A DNA stretch of 64,000 nt from Chiloscyllium plagiosum (Eukaryota): positions 9,995,457 through 10,059,456 of the forward strand of contig NC_057751.1 of the NCBI RefSeq assembly GCF_004010195.1, read 5' to 3'. Positions 26,277 through 38,097 of this stretch are shown here, piece by piece. A program made the translations under genes and the position numbers. Every line of letters starts with the position of its first letter. Position 1 is the stretch's first letter. The notes below the pieces were generated by a model. That model was not told where the DNA came from and did no database searches. It saw nothing but the letters and a program-made list of their open reading frames with translations.

Positions 26277-28607
26277 GCATATGGTGTGTTAGCTTTTATT
26301 GATAGAGTTGGGTTTGGAGCCATGAGGTCATGTTGCAGCTGTACAAAACTCTAGTGCACCCACACTGGGAGCATTGCATACAGTTCTGGTCACCGCATAC
26401 TAGGAAGATGTGGAAGCATTAGAAAGGGTGCAGAGATTTACCAGGATGTTGCCTGGTATGGAGGGAAGGTCTTATGAGGAAAAGTTGACAGACTTGAGGC
26501 TGCTTTTCACTGGAGAGATGGTTGAGTGGTGATTTATTAGAGACATACAAGATGATCAGAGGATTAGTTAGGGTGGACAGTGAGAGCCTTTTTCCTCAGA
26601 TGGTGATGGCTAGCATGAAAGAACATAGCTTTAAATTGAGGGATGACAGATATAGGACAGATATCAGAGGTAGGTTCTTTACTCAGAGTAGGAAGGGCAT
26701 GGAATGCGCTGCCTGCAACAGGAGTAGACACACCAACTTTAAGAGCATTTAAATGGTCATTGGATAGGCATACTGACGAGAATGCAATAGCGTAGATTAG
26801 ATGAGCTTCAGATTAGTTTCACAGGTTGGTGCAACATCAAGGGCCGAAGGGCCTGTACTGCACTGTAATGTTCTATGTTCTATCTTGTCTGAACCTGTTC
26901 TAATGTAAAGATTTTCCTCAAATGATCTTAAATGTACATGGCCAACCTGTCATTATGCTTCTAATCCACTTGTTATCCAAAAGGATATGAACAAATTCTT
27001 GTGTGTCAGATGTCAATATGAACTTGGTCCTCATCTCAACAATATGCTACTTTTGCAATACTTCACTGTGTTTCTATTTTCATTGAATCAGAGAACATCT
27101 AGTCCATTAGGAGACCAATTAATTTCTCACAACTGTGATAACTAATGTGGAGGAGTCTCTCCCAAACCACTTTCCCTTCTCTATCAATTCTTTTTCAGAT
27201 TTTAATCACTTTCTTCACAAAGATATTACAGTCTCTGTCTCAAAAACCACTCATATTCCCTTGTTCTTGGTTATTCTTGATTCTCCAACCAATGAAATCA
27301 AATGCTCACTGCTAAGCTTATATAATTGTGCCTAATTTGGAAAGCTGTTATAAAAATCTTTCTTAAGCATTTCTGTTTCAATAGAAATATTTCAGTTCTG
27401 ACTTTTCTTCATGACTATTTAATATGTTTTCATTTTTAAAAACTGAAACATTTAGATTCAAAGGAAGTATTTATCCTCCACTAATTTTCTGGAGACCAAT
27501 AAATATCATATCAAGCAGAACTTTGAAGCTGGAAGAAGCTGCATAGACTAAGTGCCTCTTATATTTCTTTGAAATGCAGCCACTGTTGATCAAAGACGGC
27601 TACCCCTCAAACCGTCAAAGACTAAGAATGCTATATTTTTAAAGAGCGCAAGTTTGGGACACAAAGGATGATTCACCCTGTAGGAAGTTTTTTGGAACTT
27701 GCATAACACTGCTGGCTGATGTTCAGACTCTACACCTTCAACCTTTTTTGCAAAACCACTTCCTATCTTCCTTCTTTGAGACTTGGATTACGCCACCCCA
27801 CCCCACCCCTCCCCACACCCGATGCTGACTCTCCTCTCAAGGAGTCACAATATCCACTCAACACAGGGCTGATGTTATGTTTCACTTGTATCTACTGTTG
27901 TAAAACCAAGTGCTCATGACTAGAGATATATCCATGTGGTAGCTCTGCACATGTTTTGCAAAGTAAATTGTTTGAAACATACATTCATCCACATGTTCAT
28001 CTATTCCATAATCATAATTCTCTCCAAATGACTCAGTTGGGACTTCTGCAGCTTCTGTAGGTTCAGCTGTAAAAGGAATTAAGAAAGATCATGTTTGAGT
28101 ACTTCACATGCAAGAATGGAATTAACTAAGATACACAAAACAGAGTAAGATGAACAGTACCTTAAATACACCTTAAATATCAGAAATAGAGCTATAAAAC
28201 ACAGCAAGTGGCAATTTGCCCCATCACGTGTGTGCCAGAACTTTGAAACAGCTATCTATTAGTCCCAATCCTCTGCTCTCCTCCCACAAACATGCTAATT
28301 TTTGCATTTCAACGATATGATCTGAAGAGTAAGATTCTAGATTGCAAGAACAGTTCCAACTGCCAAACTGGCGTTAAATATATTCCTTTGAGCTCATGCC
28401 TGTCACCAATTCCAATTTGTTATGAATTGTTTCCAACGAGTATTTTAATTTCAGCTCTCTTTGCAGAGCCACATCACACCTCATACTGTATTAAATAGAC
28501 CTCCCTGTTTATTCACCACTTGAGATACTTAAGCATTAGAGTACTATATGGCGTCTGGCTCCAACTAGAAAATTCTATCCACGTTATGAACAGGAGGGAT
28601 AACCTAC

Positions 28608-28715
28608 CAGTTTTCTCTTCTTCAATGATTTCCTTTTCCTCAGTGTCGTATTCAACATAAGATGGTAGTGTGAATGGCATGGCAGGTGGTTCAGTTGGCC
28701 ACAGGTCATATTCAA
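28608..28715 (-). CDS. AEBP1: AEBP1-like coding exon (108 nt, phase 1-1): VEYDLWPTEPPAMPFTLPSYVEYDTEEKEIIEEEKT
   Basis: Acceptor ctgctttttactcAG, donor G|GTAGGT, length a multiple of 3, acidic/Pro-rich like the ACLP N-terminal region. Confidence 0.8.
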
Positions 28716-29288
28716 CTGAGTAAAAAGCAGATTTTAGTTGTTTTCTGTCACAGTTTGTCTTCATGTTAAAAATAGGTTTATGCTTAAAACGCAAACTTTT
28801 AATTTATGTCAGTTTGGCTCATGAATTCCAATCTCCTTGGTCCCCAGGTAAATACCAAGATTCAAGCAAGACTAGGAACTCACCGTCACTTCTTATGATG
28901 TAGTGTACTGAATAATTCCTATCTTACACTGGTGAACACTAACCCATCTGTTTCCTTCCCTCAGGAGTCTCTCAGCTTTCCTCTTTAGTATGTCAGCTTC
29001 GTGTCTTTTTGTGGGTTCTTAAGTCTGGTTGCTACATCTGCATTTGATTAATTTTTTTTTTAAATATGGAAAAACCCAAAGGTTTACAGAAAGAAAGCTG
29101 GAATCTGTACAGATCAGAATCAAAAAGATCTTTTTCACTGATGCGTTGTTTCCTTTCACCATTGGTTGCAGTGTGAGAGTTAAGCATTTATTCACCTTTG
29201 AATGGGACCAGGAGACAACTGAACTCTGAGCACTCTCGGAGAGTCATCTGTCAGACACCTGAAAGTTATAACTTCTTAAAAAATTTAC

Positions 29289-29330
29289 CTTTGGCTGCCA
29301 GCAGTTCCTCTGAATCCCAGCTCCCCAAGC
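29289..29330 (-). CDS. Candidate small coding exon (42 nt, phase 1-1): (G)LGSWDSEELLAAK
   Basis: Acceptor ctttatttttaaatggccAG, donor AAG|GTAAAT, frame-compatible with neighbours. No homology support. Confidence 0.35.
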
Positions 29331-30470
29331 CTGGCCATTTAAAAATAAAGACTTGCATATTTCATGCAGTAATGTTGAAATAAGGAATAATAATAAACTT
29401 AAATATGAAATGGCAGCAATATAGCTGTGACACTTGTTCAAAAAGCACCCCCGCCCCAGGAACTTGGCTGTGCAATTCCACTATGTGGATGTAAGATGAG
29501 CACTGGTTGAGACCCAATGGTGATTCCTCCAACAGATGCATAATACGTCAGCACACACTGGGATGGTCACTCAGGACAGTTACAAATGAGTGGTGATGGG
29601 TGGAGCTGTACCCTAGTGAAAGTCAGTACTCCCCAGGGTTGAAAGAACACAAATGTAAACTTTGGAGACACTGAAATCATTTGCTATAAAACATGCTTTT
29701 CCTTCTCTTGATCCCCAGTTATGCTTTTCTTTTTTCATTTATGGCATGGACGCATTGCTGGCTGGCCAGCATTTACTGCCCCTCTCACTTTGCCCTTGAG
29801 GAGGTGGGAGTGAGCTGCCTTCTTGAACTGCTGCAGTCCACACATGGTGTGTGTTGACCCACAATACTGTAATGGAGGGAATTCAACAATTTTATAATAA
29901 ATTTATATTATTAACCTTTCATATTACTTTTTTGTAATAATCGAAAATTGAGCAATTTACATGATTACACCAAAGAACTCAGTTTTTGATCTGATTTACC
30001 AGCAGCAAGCAGAACACTGAAACACTGGCTTTAGTTGTCAAACCCAGGAATATCAGGGAATGAGCACAACAGATCTCAGAATTGCAGTTTAATTGGCCAC
30101 TTGCTTTTCAATTGTCGTATAATAAAGCAAGCAAAGGGATTTTGTTTGGGAGGAATAGGATCAGAGCTGAAGTTGAACTGAATGTACAAGTCACCACCTC
30201 CTCTCAGAAACACCATGGCTGCTTGGATTTCATTTGATCCTAATTAGACTTACATATTTCCAGGCCCGTGACAATTTCTTCCATCATTTCTGTGACAAGC
30301 TCAGTTTGAATTTCTATAGATCAGAAATAAACTAAAAGTTAGACATATCTGTAAACAGGTCATGATTTATACTCTTTTTCTACTTCAGAAATAAAATTGA
30401 AATAAGCCATTCACAAAGTATCATAAAGCATGGAGAAGATATTCAGCCTACCATGTCCATTCCTAACACA

Positions 30471-30768
30471 CCGTGGGTGGCACGGTGGCACAGTGCTTAG
30501 CACTGCTGCCTCACAGCGCCAGAGACCCGGGTTCAATTCCCACCTCAGGCAACTGACTGTGTGGAGTTTGCACATTCTCCCCGTGTCTGCGTGAGTTTCC
30601 TCCCACAGTACAAAGATGTGCAGGTCAGGTGAATTGGCCATGCTAAATTGCCCGTAGTGTTAGGTAAGGGGTAAATGTAGGGGTATGGGTGGGTTGCGCT
30701 TCGGCGGGGCGGTGTGGACTTGTTGGGCCGAAGGGCCTGTTTCCACACTGTAAGTAATCTAATCTAAT
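30471..30768 (+). mobile_element. HE1 SINE (young; ~19-bp internal deletion)
   Basis: Near-identical to 22444-22774; lacks the segment between the two GTTTCCTCC direct repeats; (TAATC)n tail. Confidence 0.93.
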
Positions 30769-31754
30769 TGAAATCCATGAAAATGCAAAACCTTGTGTGT
30801 GATGCCAGCAGTACAAAGGAAACGTGATAATCTCTGATCTTCAATGCTAAGATTCTCAACTTCTATCAGGCATAAACGATTTTCTTCACGTTGGCATCAG
30901 CAGCTTACTGTGAATTAAAGCTAAGCCAACAAATATTGTAAATTTGAAGCCGTTGCAGAAAGAGCTGCTGTCCATGCCCTGGAACACTTCAAAGAGAAAA
31001 AAAAAAGCATAGGACTCTACAGCTCCATTTGAAGTTGCTCAAAACTCATTCAATTTTATGTGGTTAAGATTAGGGATCGTTGACTTTTGCTTTTCTATGG
31101 CTAACTGCCTGTTGTGTACTTCTGAAACTTGGATGTGTCTGGAAGGTGAGACATGTTACCAAAGCTTTTCATCTTGAGTTCAATGTGACAAATATGACAA
31201 ATGTCAAACAATCACAATTTGCACAAAAGGAGAAAAGAATGCTGATTAAGTTGGCAATCAACTCTGATTGACCATGGCATTGCTTTGAAAGAGATGACAG
31301 GGAACTATTGTCTTCCCATGCTTCTGCACAGTTCAGAAAAGGCGCTAAGCTTAGCCATTCTTATTTATTTGCACAGAGTGTGTCCCTGCATCGCATGGGA
31401 AACCTATATTTCCCTATTGCTTTTTTCTACTGCATTGCCTTGTCCAATGCCTCTTGCCAGTGCAAGACAAAGGCTTTTTGCATCATGTCTCTTTTCAGCA
31501 ATACTCATGTTCTGTACCACCGTGTACGTTTCTCAAACTTCTTGCTTTTATTCTATTGTTGGCACAGCGGGCAAAAAAAATCCCAGCTACTTCTTGCTTA
31601 TGAATGTTCACTTTTGTTAACAATGCAGAGTGGTACAGAACTTAGCTCAAAAGGCTCAGTTACTTTCTTTAGCTTGAAAAAGAAGTATATTTCATCGGAA
31701 GGTTTATCACAAGAGGGAATGCAAACAAATAGGTCTGCACTGATTGGTCTTATT

Positions 31755-31990
31755 TAGAGTCATAGAGTTATACAGCAAGGAAACCTCTGGTCCAACTCGT
31801 CCATGCCAACCAGATATCCTAAACTAATCTAAACCCATTTGCCAGCATTTGATCCATATCCCTCTGAATGCTTTCTATCCATATACCCATCCAGATGCCT
31901 TTTAAATGTTGTGATTATACCAGCCTCCACTATTTCCTCAGGCAACGTGTTCCAGACATGTCCCACCCTCTGCATAAAAAAGTTGTGTCT
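31755..31990 (-). mobile_element. CR1-type 3' end stub
   Basis: tagagtcatagag...ccaactcgtccatgccaaccagatatcc...gatgccttttaaatgttg, shared with 48163, 55775 and 57642. Confidence 0.8.
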
Positions 31991-32256
31991 TTGGTTGCTT
32001 TTCCAGAGATTCTTGAAACCAAACAGCTGAGGCAGTTAGCTGTGTCGGTTACTGCTGGATCAGACAGCTGTGCATGTTTACTGCTCCATTTTATTCACAT
32101 CTCATGTGATCACTGCCTTTGCCTCACTCTTCCTCCTTTTAAAAGTGCCTTTGTTTTGATCTTTTTCTTCCCAAAATTCCAAAACAATGCAACAGCTTAT
32201 AAAATAGTAATTACTGCCCCTTGGATTCTAGGAAATCAGCTCCGACACTGAAAATA

Positions 32257-32478
32257 CAGTCGTCCTCTCGTGCACATGGGGGATATGTTCCAAGACCTAC
32301 TGCGGAAGCCTGAAACCACAGATATGTGCGAACCCATTCATTTAAATGGGAAATTTATCTTCCCCGCAACCTCCTGGTCCCCGGTTCTGCAACATTCCCT
32401 TTTATATGTTCAGGCTGCAGTAAACCGCAGGTAAATGAAACTGCGGTAACAGGACCTGTGGATACGGGGGTCACCCTC
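32257..32478. mobile_element. Tigger-like (MER44/Tigger7-type) MITE
   Basis: TA|cagtcgtcctctcg...gggggatatgttccaagacc...cctgaaaccacagat at the left end and gaaactgcgg...gtggatacggggg at the right end; right TA degenerate. Confidence 0.65.
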
Positions 32479-33294
32479 TCCCTCAAAAAAGGAGCATCTC
32501 TTCCAGCCACAATTTTTTTCCTGTCCTCCATCATGGATTATCCAGGAATCCCTTCATCTGTTGGTTGTCGGAATTATACACGAAGTGCAAAGAGAAGGTA
32601 ATTTGAGCTTACCGATAACACCAACTAGCATTTATTTGGTGCCTTTAACATAGTTACTGCCCCAAGGGGCTTCACAAAAGTTATTGAATAGAATTTGGCA
32701 CCAAGCCAGAGAAAGAGATATGATGGCAAATATCAAAAAGTTGGTTGAACAGGGAGGTCTAAAGGTCTCAAAAGAGGAGAATGGAGAGGCTGAAGGATGG
32801 GTCTGGTGCCAGTGGTGGTGCAATTAAAGTCGGATGTGCAATAATGAAAGCCAGAATGAAGGTAAAGGGACCTCATTGTGTTTCTCATTGACATCCAATA
32901 TGGAAAAAGTGTGACTCATTGGAAATAGTTCAGGAGAGTTTCCTTTTCTGCCCTCATAATAACAGGGAATGATCTTATGGTCACAGAATAGTTGAATTTA
33001 CATTCACAGTTTGTGCAATGAAGTGAAATGCCAGCCTGCGCTATTTTCTCATTGGGAGATATAAAGGCAAGATGAGTGCTTCAGCACGAGAACAGAGTCA
33101 AGTGAAGGTTAGTTGAAACTGCACAAGGAGCATTCTGTGAAGGGAAGCTGTTTCTATACTCCTTTAACAAATTACATATCTATATTAATCTGGATGCCTT
33201 AATCCATTGTGCTTGTCTGTGGTCCCTTATCAATTTCTGTTCCTTTGTAAATCTTATTTAATAATATTTTATTATAAATTTATCTTTCCAGAGT

Positions 33295-33475
33295 ACAGGA
33301 AAATGACATCACCACAGGAAATGACATCACCAACCCAAAGAAACCCAAACATATAAACAGAAAGCAGGAATCATGTACACTGCTTTGCCTGAGGCCCACT
33401 GAAGATGTTACCTAATCGGGTGACGAAACGTCCAGAAATGAACCTCCAAGCTCAGCGAGCAAACCTACATCCATA
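33295..33475 (+). mobile_element. Penelope-like terminal repeat (second family) with hammerhead core
   Basis: Tandem acaggaaatgacatcacc x2, TATAAA, CTGAAGA-stem-GAAACGTC at 33399-33432. Confidence 0.7.
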
Positions 33476-33972
33476 AACAGTATCTGTCCATGCAGTAAAT
33501 TAGCCTTGAATTAAATTTGATGTTTTTTCTTTCCAAATTAAATATTTGTAAGTGTCATAAGGAGACGAGCTCAATGCATGAAATATTATGAATGAGTCAT
33601 AAAACATTTGATCCTTGTCAAAAACTCAATAATATCCTGAGGCATATATCCTCATCACCAGTGTTTTGGACAACCCACTTTTTCTTCATACATACATGAG
33701 TTTTATGGTTTCTACCACATCTAAAGTCTGGTTCACACCTCATGTTTGAGTCGTGAATCACCTCTGAGCCTTCTGTGATCCCATTTAATTGTTTTAATCT
33801 CACAGCAAGAAACAGTTCTTTATTAATTATATGTACATGAACGTCCACTGAAGTCTAGTTTGTACAACTGCATCAAAATAAGAAACATTAAATAATTGTA
33901 CATCCAAAATAGGGTATTGCATATGTGATTCTGAGCTTGTGTGCACCTTCCTGACTACAATCCACAAAGGAT

Positions 33973-34658
33973 TGTTGCAAGATGGTGGCGGAGTAGGACG
34001 CTCCAAGCGGAGCACATCTGGTCCGTCCGCTCTTCTTTTCTTCTTTTCCTTCCTCGTCGTGCTTTGTTATTCTTTCCTTTTTTTTCCCTTTGATTCCCGG
34101 GCTCCGGCGATGATTCCTGGCCTCTGGCGAGTGATGATTCTTGACTTCTGGTGATGATTCCTGGCCTCTGCCTGATGCAGTGGCCTCCTGTAGCAGCCTC
34201 CCAGTTTTGCTGTGGTTACATTCCAATTTGTCATGACAGCCTCTCGGTGTGGTATCACGACCTCCTGACCTGGCGTAGTGACCTCTCGGCTTGGCACAGT
34301 GGCCTTTTCCCGTAGGGGCCTCTTGGTGTGGCGTGGCGACCTCTGCCTGACGCTGTGGCCTCCTGGCATTTCAAGTTTCTGGCCTCCTGCAGTGGCCTCC
34401 CAGTGTGGCATGTTCCTGGCGCAGTGTGGAGCCAGGGCCCAGTGCGGAATGGAAGCTAGGTGCCAGCGTGGTCTGCAGAATTTTTATTTCTGTACTGCTG
34501 GGCATTTTACTTCTGCGTTGCCCAAGATCTTGTAACAAAAGATGCTATGCCTAAATACTTTGCATCGAAGTCGGCGCTCTGATTAGCCACACATAAACTT
34601 TTCACTTTACCCATTGAGTACATGTGATAATAAAGGCTATTCTATTCTATTCTGTTCT
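33973..34658 (+). mobile_element. 686-bp non-autonomous retroposon with Rex/Babar-like tail
   Basis: TSD AAAGGAT (33966-33972, 34659-34665); CAAGATGGTGGCG head; internal tggcctc repeats; cttttcact...gtacatgtgataataaa + (TTCTA)n tail. Confidence 0.7.
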
Positions 34659-35562
34659 AAAGGATGAATTCCTGCCAGCGTATAAAACCCTGCTACCACA
34701 CTGCATGTATAGCAATTCTTTCAGTATCCTGACTGTTACCAAGAAGAGCAAAGTTTGGTTATGTGAATGTCAGTGTGATACTGTAATTCATCAGAGTGCA
34801 GGATGTAAGTGAAGGCAGAATGATGCAGCATGACCCTTGGCATGCTGTGAGGCCTTGAGAGGGAAGAACAGAAAAGGGCAAAAAAAAGTCAACACACTGA
34901 GAGTTGAAAAGCCTGAAACGGAACTGCAGCATTGGAAGAAACAAATCACCAATTAAAAACTAAAACTAAAATAATAAACTATGCATGATTGAAAATGATG
35001 CACAATGATTAACGTGTTGGATGATAAGATGAGATCTCCTTGAGTTTGTAAGCAGAATACTAAGCTGTTTTATTCATTTTCCTTTACTTTTATTCTCTTC
35101 ATGTCTCCAGCAGGTGATTAGCACATGATACCTTATCCCTGAGTTACCTTTTTCCTGCTTTACAGTCTCAGCGGAAGAAATGCAAAATAAACTCATCAAA
35201 GACTCTGTCTCTGGCTATTTATTCTGACACTTTGCCCACACACATTGCAGCTGTCTTCTTCATTCATTGGACAATGAATAACTGACCAGGCTAGCATTTC
35301 CTGCTCCTCCTGAATCAGACTTAATGGCCCAGGCTATTTTAGAGTGCAATTTAGAGCCTTCCATATTGTTGTGAGTCTGGAGTCACAAGTGAACCAGACC
35401 AAGTAAAGGCATATTTCCTTCCTGAAGGGAGGTCAGTGAACCACAGAAGTTTTCACAACAATTGACAGTGGCCACAATGAGGCTGGCTTTTCATTCCAGA
35501 TTTTTAGAAAATTGAATTCATTTTCAGTATCTGCCAAGTGGGATTCAAACTCATGTCCTAGG

Positions 35563-36232
35563 TGGAACACAAAGACCCCGGGGTTCAGTTATATAGTTCA
35601 TTGTGCACAGGTAGACAGGGTAGTTGAGAAGGCGTTTAGCACACTTGCTTCATTGCTTAGACCACATAAGCTGTGATGTCATATTGAGGTTATGCAGGAA
35701 GGTGCTGAAGCCACACTTGGGAGTACTGTCGCCCTGGTACTGGAAGGAATTGTTAAATTGGAAAGAGTTCAGAAAAGATTTACCAAGATGTTGCCAGAAC
35801 TGGAGGGTTTGAGGAATATGGATAGGCTGGGACATTTTTTCACTGAAGCCTGGAGTTTGAGAGACGACCTTATAGAAGCTGATAAAGTCATGAGGGACAT
35901 GGACAAGGTGAACAGCAAAGGTCTTTTCCCTCAGGGTGGAGAATTTAAAATTAGAAGGCATATTTTTAAGGTGAGAGGAGAAAGATTTAAAAGGGATAGG
36001 AGGGCAATCTTTTCACACAGAGGGTGGTTCATATGCGGAATGAACTGCCAGAGGAAGTGGTGGATGCAGGTACAGTTAGAAAATTCAAAAGACATTTGAA
36101 CAGGTACATGAATAGGAAAGGTTTAGAGGGATCAAGGCCAAACACAGCCAAGTGGGATTAGTTTAATTTGGGAAACTTGGTCAGCATGAATGATTTGGAC
36201 TGAAGGGCCTGTTTCCATCCTGTAAGACTATA
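35563..36232 (+). mobile_element. 5'-truncated CR1-type LINE
   Basis: KLERVQKRFTKMLPELEGL, KVRGERFKRD; 3' tail. Confidence 0.85.
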
Positions 36233-37418
36233 GCATTAGCCTGGAGGTTCTGAATTACTAGTCCATTGATATGACTGTAACGCTACTGCCTCCCTTCTAC
36301 ATCAGCATCTCCCTTAGCATTCTTTGCCCCTGCATACCACTTTCCATCTCTGCACATCTGGAGTGCAAGAAATCTGAATGCTTCCCAGATGGCTCACTGA
36401 GTTCACCCACTGACTCAGGCCACAAAAACCAGAAGGCCAGTTTGTAAGATCTCCCATCCATGGTGATTGAGGTGACAGTACGGATGCTAGATGTCAAGGA
36501 TGTGATGAATGTTCATTTCAGGGAGAGTGCTTGATATCTGTGGAATTATTTCTTGGAAACAGGCAGTGCCTCTCATAAAGGACATGATGAAAGAGTCAAT
36601 TCTATATTTACTGGAACATTCGCCTTATTAATGATTGATATGCAGCAATAACTCTTCAACTCGATAATGAAAAATAGTGCAATATACAGCACTCTTCATA
36701 ACTCAACCAATCACATCAATCTTTTAGAAATGTGATTGGAAGCAAGTAATGTATAGTTATACTCAAAATCTGATGTGTTTATTTGCATTTTTGTAGTTCA
36801 ATTGTTGCTGTTGGGTTCACCATCCTGCGACAGATTCAGTTCCTCAAGTAAAAGCAAAATACTGTGGATGCTAGAAAATTGAAACAAACACAGAGTGAAT
36901 GTTTTGAGTCCAGTACTACTCTTCTTTGCAACACAGAAGTTCGGAAGAAGAATCACTCTTCTTGGACCCTCTCTCTCTCCAGAGTTTCTCCAGGACTTTG
37001 TGTTCACATTTCAGTTATCAACTGCTTATGTGGGCGAGTATCCACAATAAAATAAGTCATTAATGTAGCCTTCATTCCAGAGATTTTTATCATGATATTG
37101 GATATTCTCGATAAAGATTCTGATTTTGAAATTGCTGAAAGTGGATGAGTCGAGTGGTGAGAATTTTCACTGCTCTGTGTGAAGAATTAACTGTGACCAA
37201 AATATTTCTTTGGCCAATCTGCTTGGACTTCCAATGACAACTATATTCATCAAGTGGCACAAATTCATTATATGTGAAAGTATCAGATGAAAAAAAAATT
37301 CTGGTCCGAAGATGCTGTATTACATCATGCGAACACTTATGGTTGTACTCAGCAATAAGAGCACGTATTCCAAATCGTACTCTGAAAGTAGGTTCCAGCT
37401 GTGGTAGACTGAAACAAC

Positions 37419-37550
37419 ATTTCTGATGAAGGACTCCTGCCTGAAACGTCGATTCTCCTGCTCCTCGGATGCTGCTTGACCTGCTGTGCTTTTCCAACAC
37501 CATATTCTCAACTCTGATCTCCAGCATCTGCAGTCCTCACTTTCTCCTCC
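37419..37550 (+). mobile_element. Solo 132-nt Penelope terminal-repeat unit
   Basis: Same sequence as 25195-25290; TSD CTGAA(A/G)CAAC at 37409-37418 and 37551-37560. Confidence 0.8.
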
Positions 37551-37964
37551 CTGAAGCAACTTTCCATTTTTCTTTTTGATGGAATGTTGAGCTGTTGCTC
37601 TTTATTTTGCTGCAGCAATGTGGCTGAGTTCACTCGGTCAGTATTTGGAATTCCTTTGAAGGCTTATGCACCACCCAAATATGATTCCACAAACTGGAGC
37701 TCCCACTCTTCTGCCAATCGCCTCCTCCTAACTTTGCTTTTTCATCTTTGGCTACGGGCTTAGTATGTCTTTTTAAGATGTAAGCTAAGTCACAGTGAAC
37801 TTTGAAAAGACAAGTGAATAATGAGAAGGGCAAGAAAATCTAGGGGAAACAATCATTTATCTATTTGTTACTTTGCAAAACATATAATCTCTCTGCTTGT
37901 TTCCAACTCTTAATATATTGAAAAGAAAAATCTCCAGCTCATTACATATTTAACTTTCAGCGTC

Positions 37965-38097
37965 TTGAACAAAAGATCATTGACTTGAAATGATAACTCC
38001 ATTTCTCCCTCAACAGATTCTGTATGAGCTGCTGAGTATTTCCATCATTTTCTGTTTGCATTTCAGATTGCCAGGATCCACAGTACTTTGGTTTTGT
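37965..38097 (+). mobile_element. Old Penelope-like terminal-repeat unit (degenerate)
   Basis: agatcattgacttgaaatg...gctgctgagtatttcca...ttcagattgccaggatccacagtactttg. A similar reversed remnant lies at ~36848-36930. Confidence 0.5.

Larger units (their letters stand above)
21960..26882 (+). mobile_element. Long decayed CR1-type LINE (ORF1 end + EN + RT + 3' tail) hosting nested SINEs and a Penelope-like element
   Basis: GVFYRPP (EN), KSPGPDG, WRIANVVPLFKKG..PGNYRPVSLTS, QGSILG.LLF, SKFTDDTK; (GTTCTAT)n tail at ~26870-26882. Confidence 0.9.
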
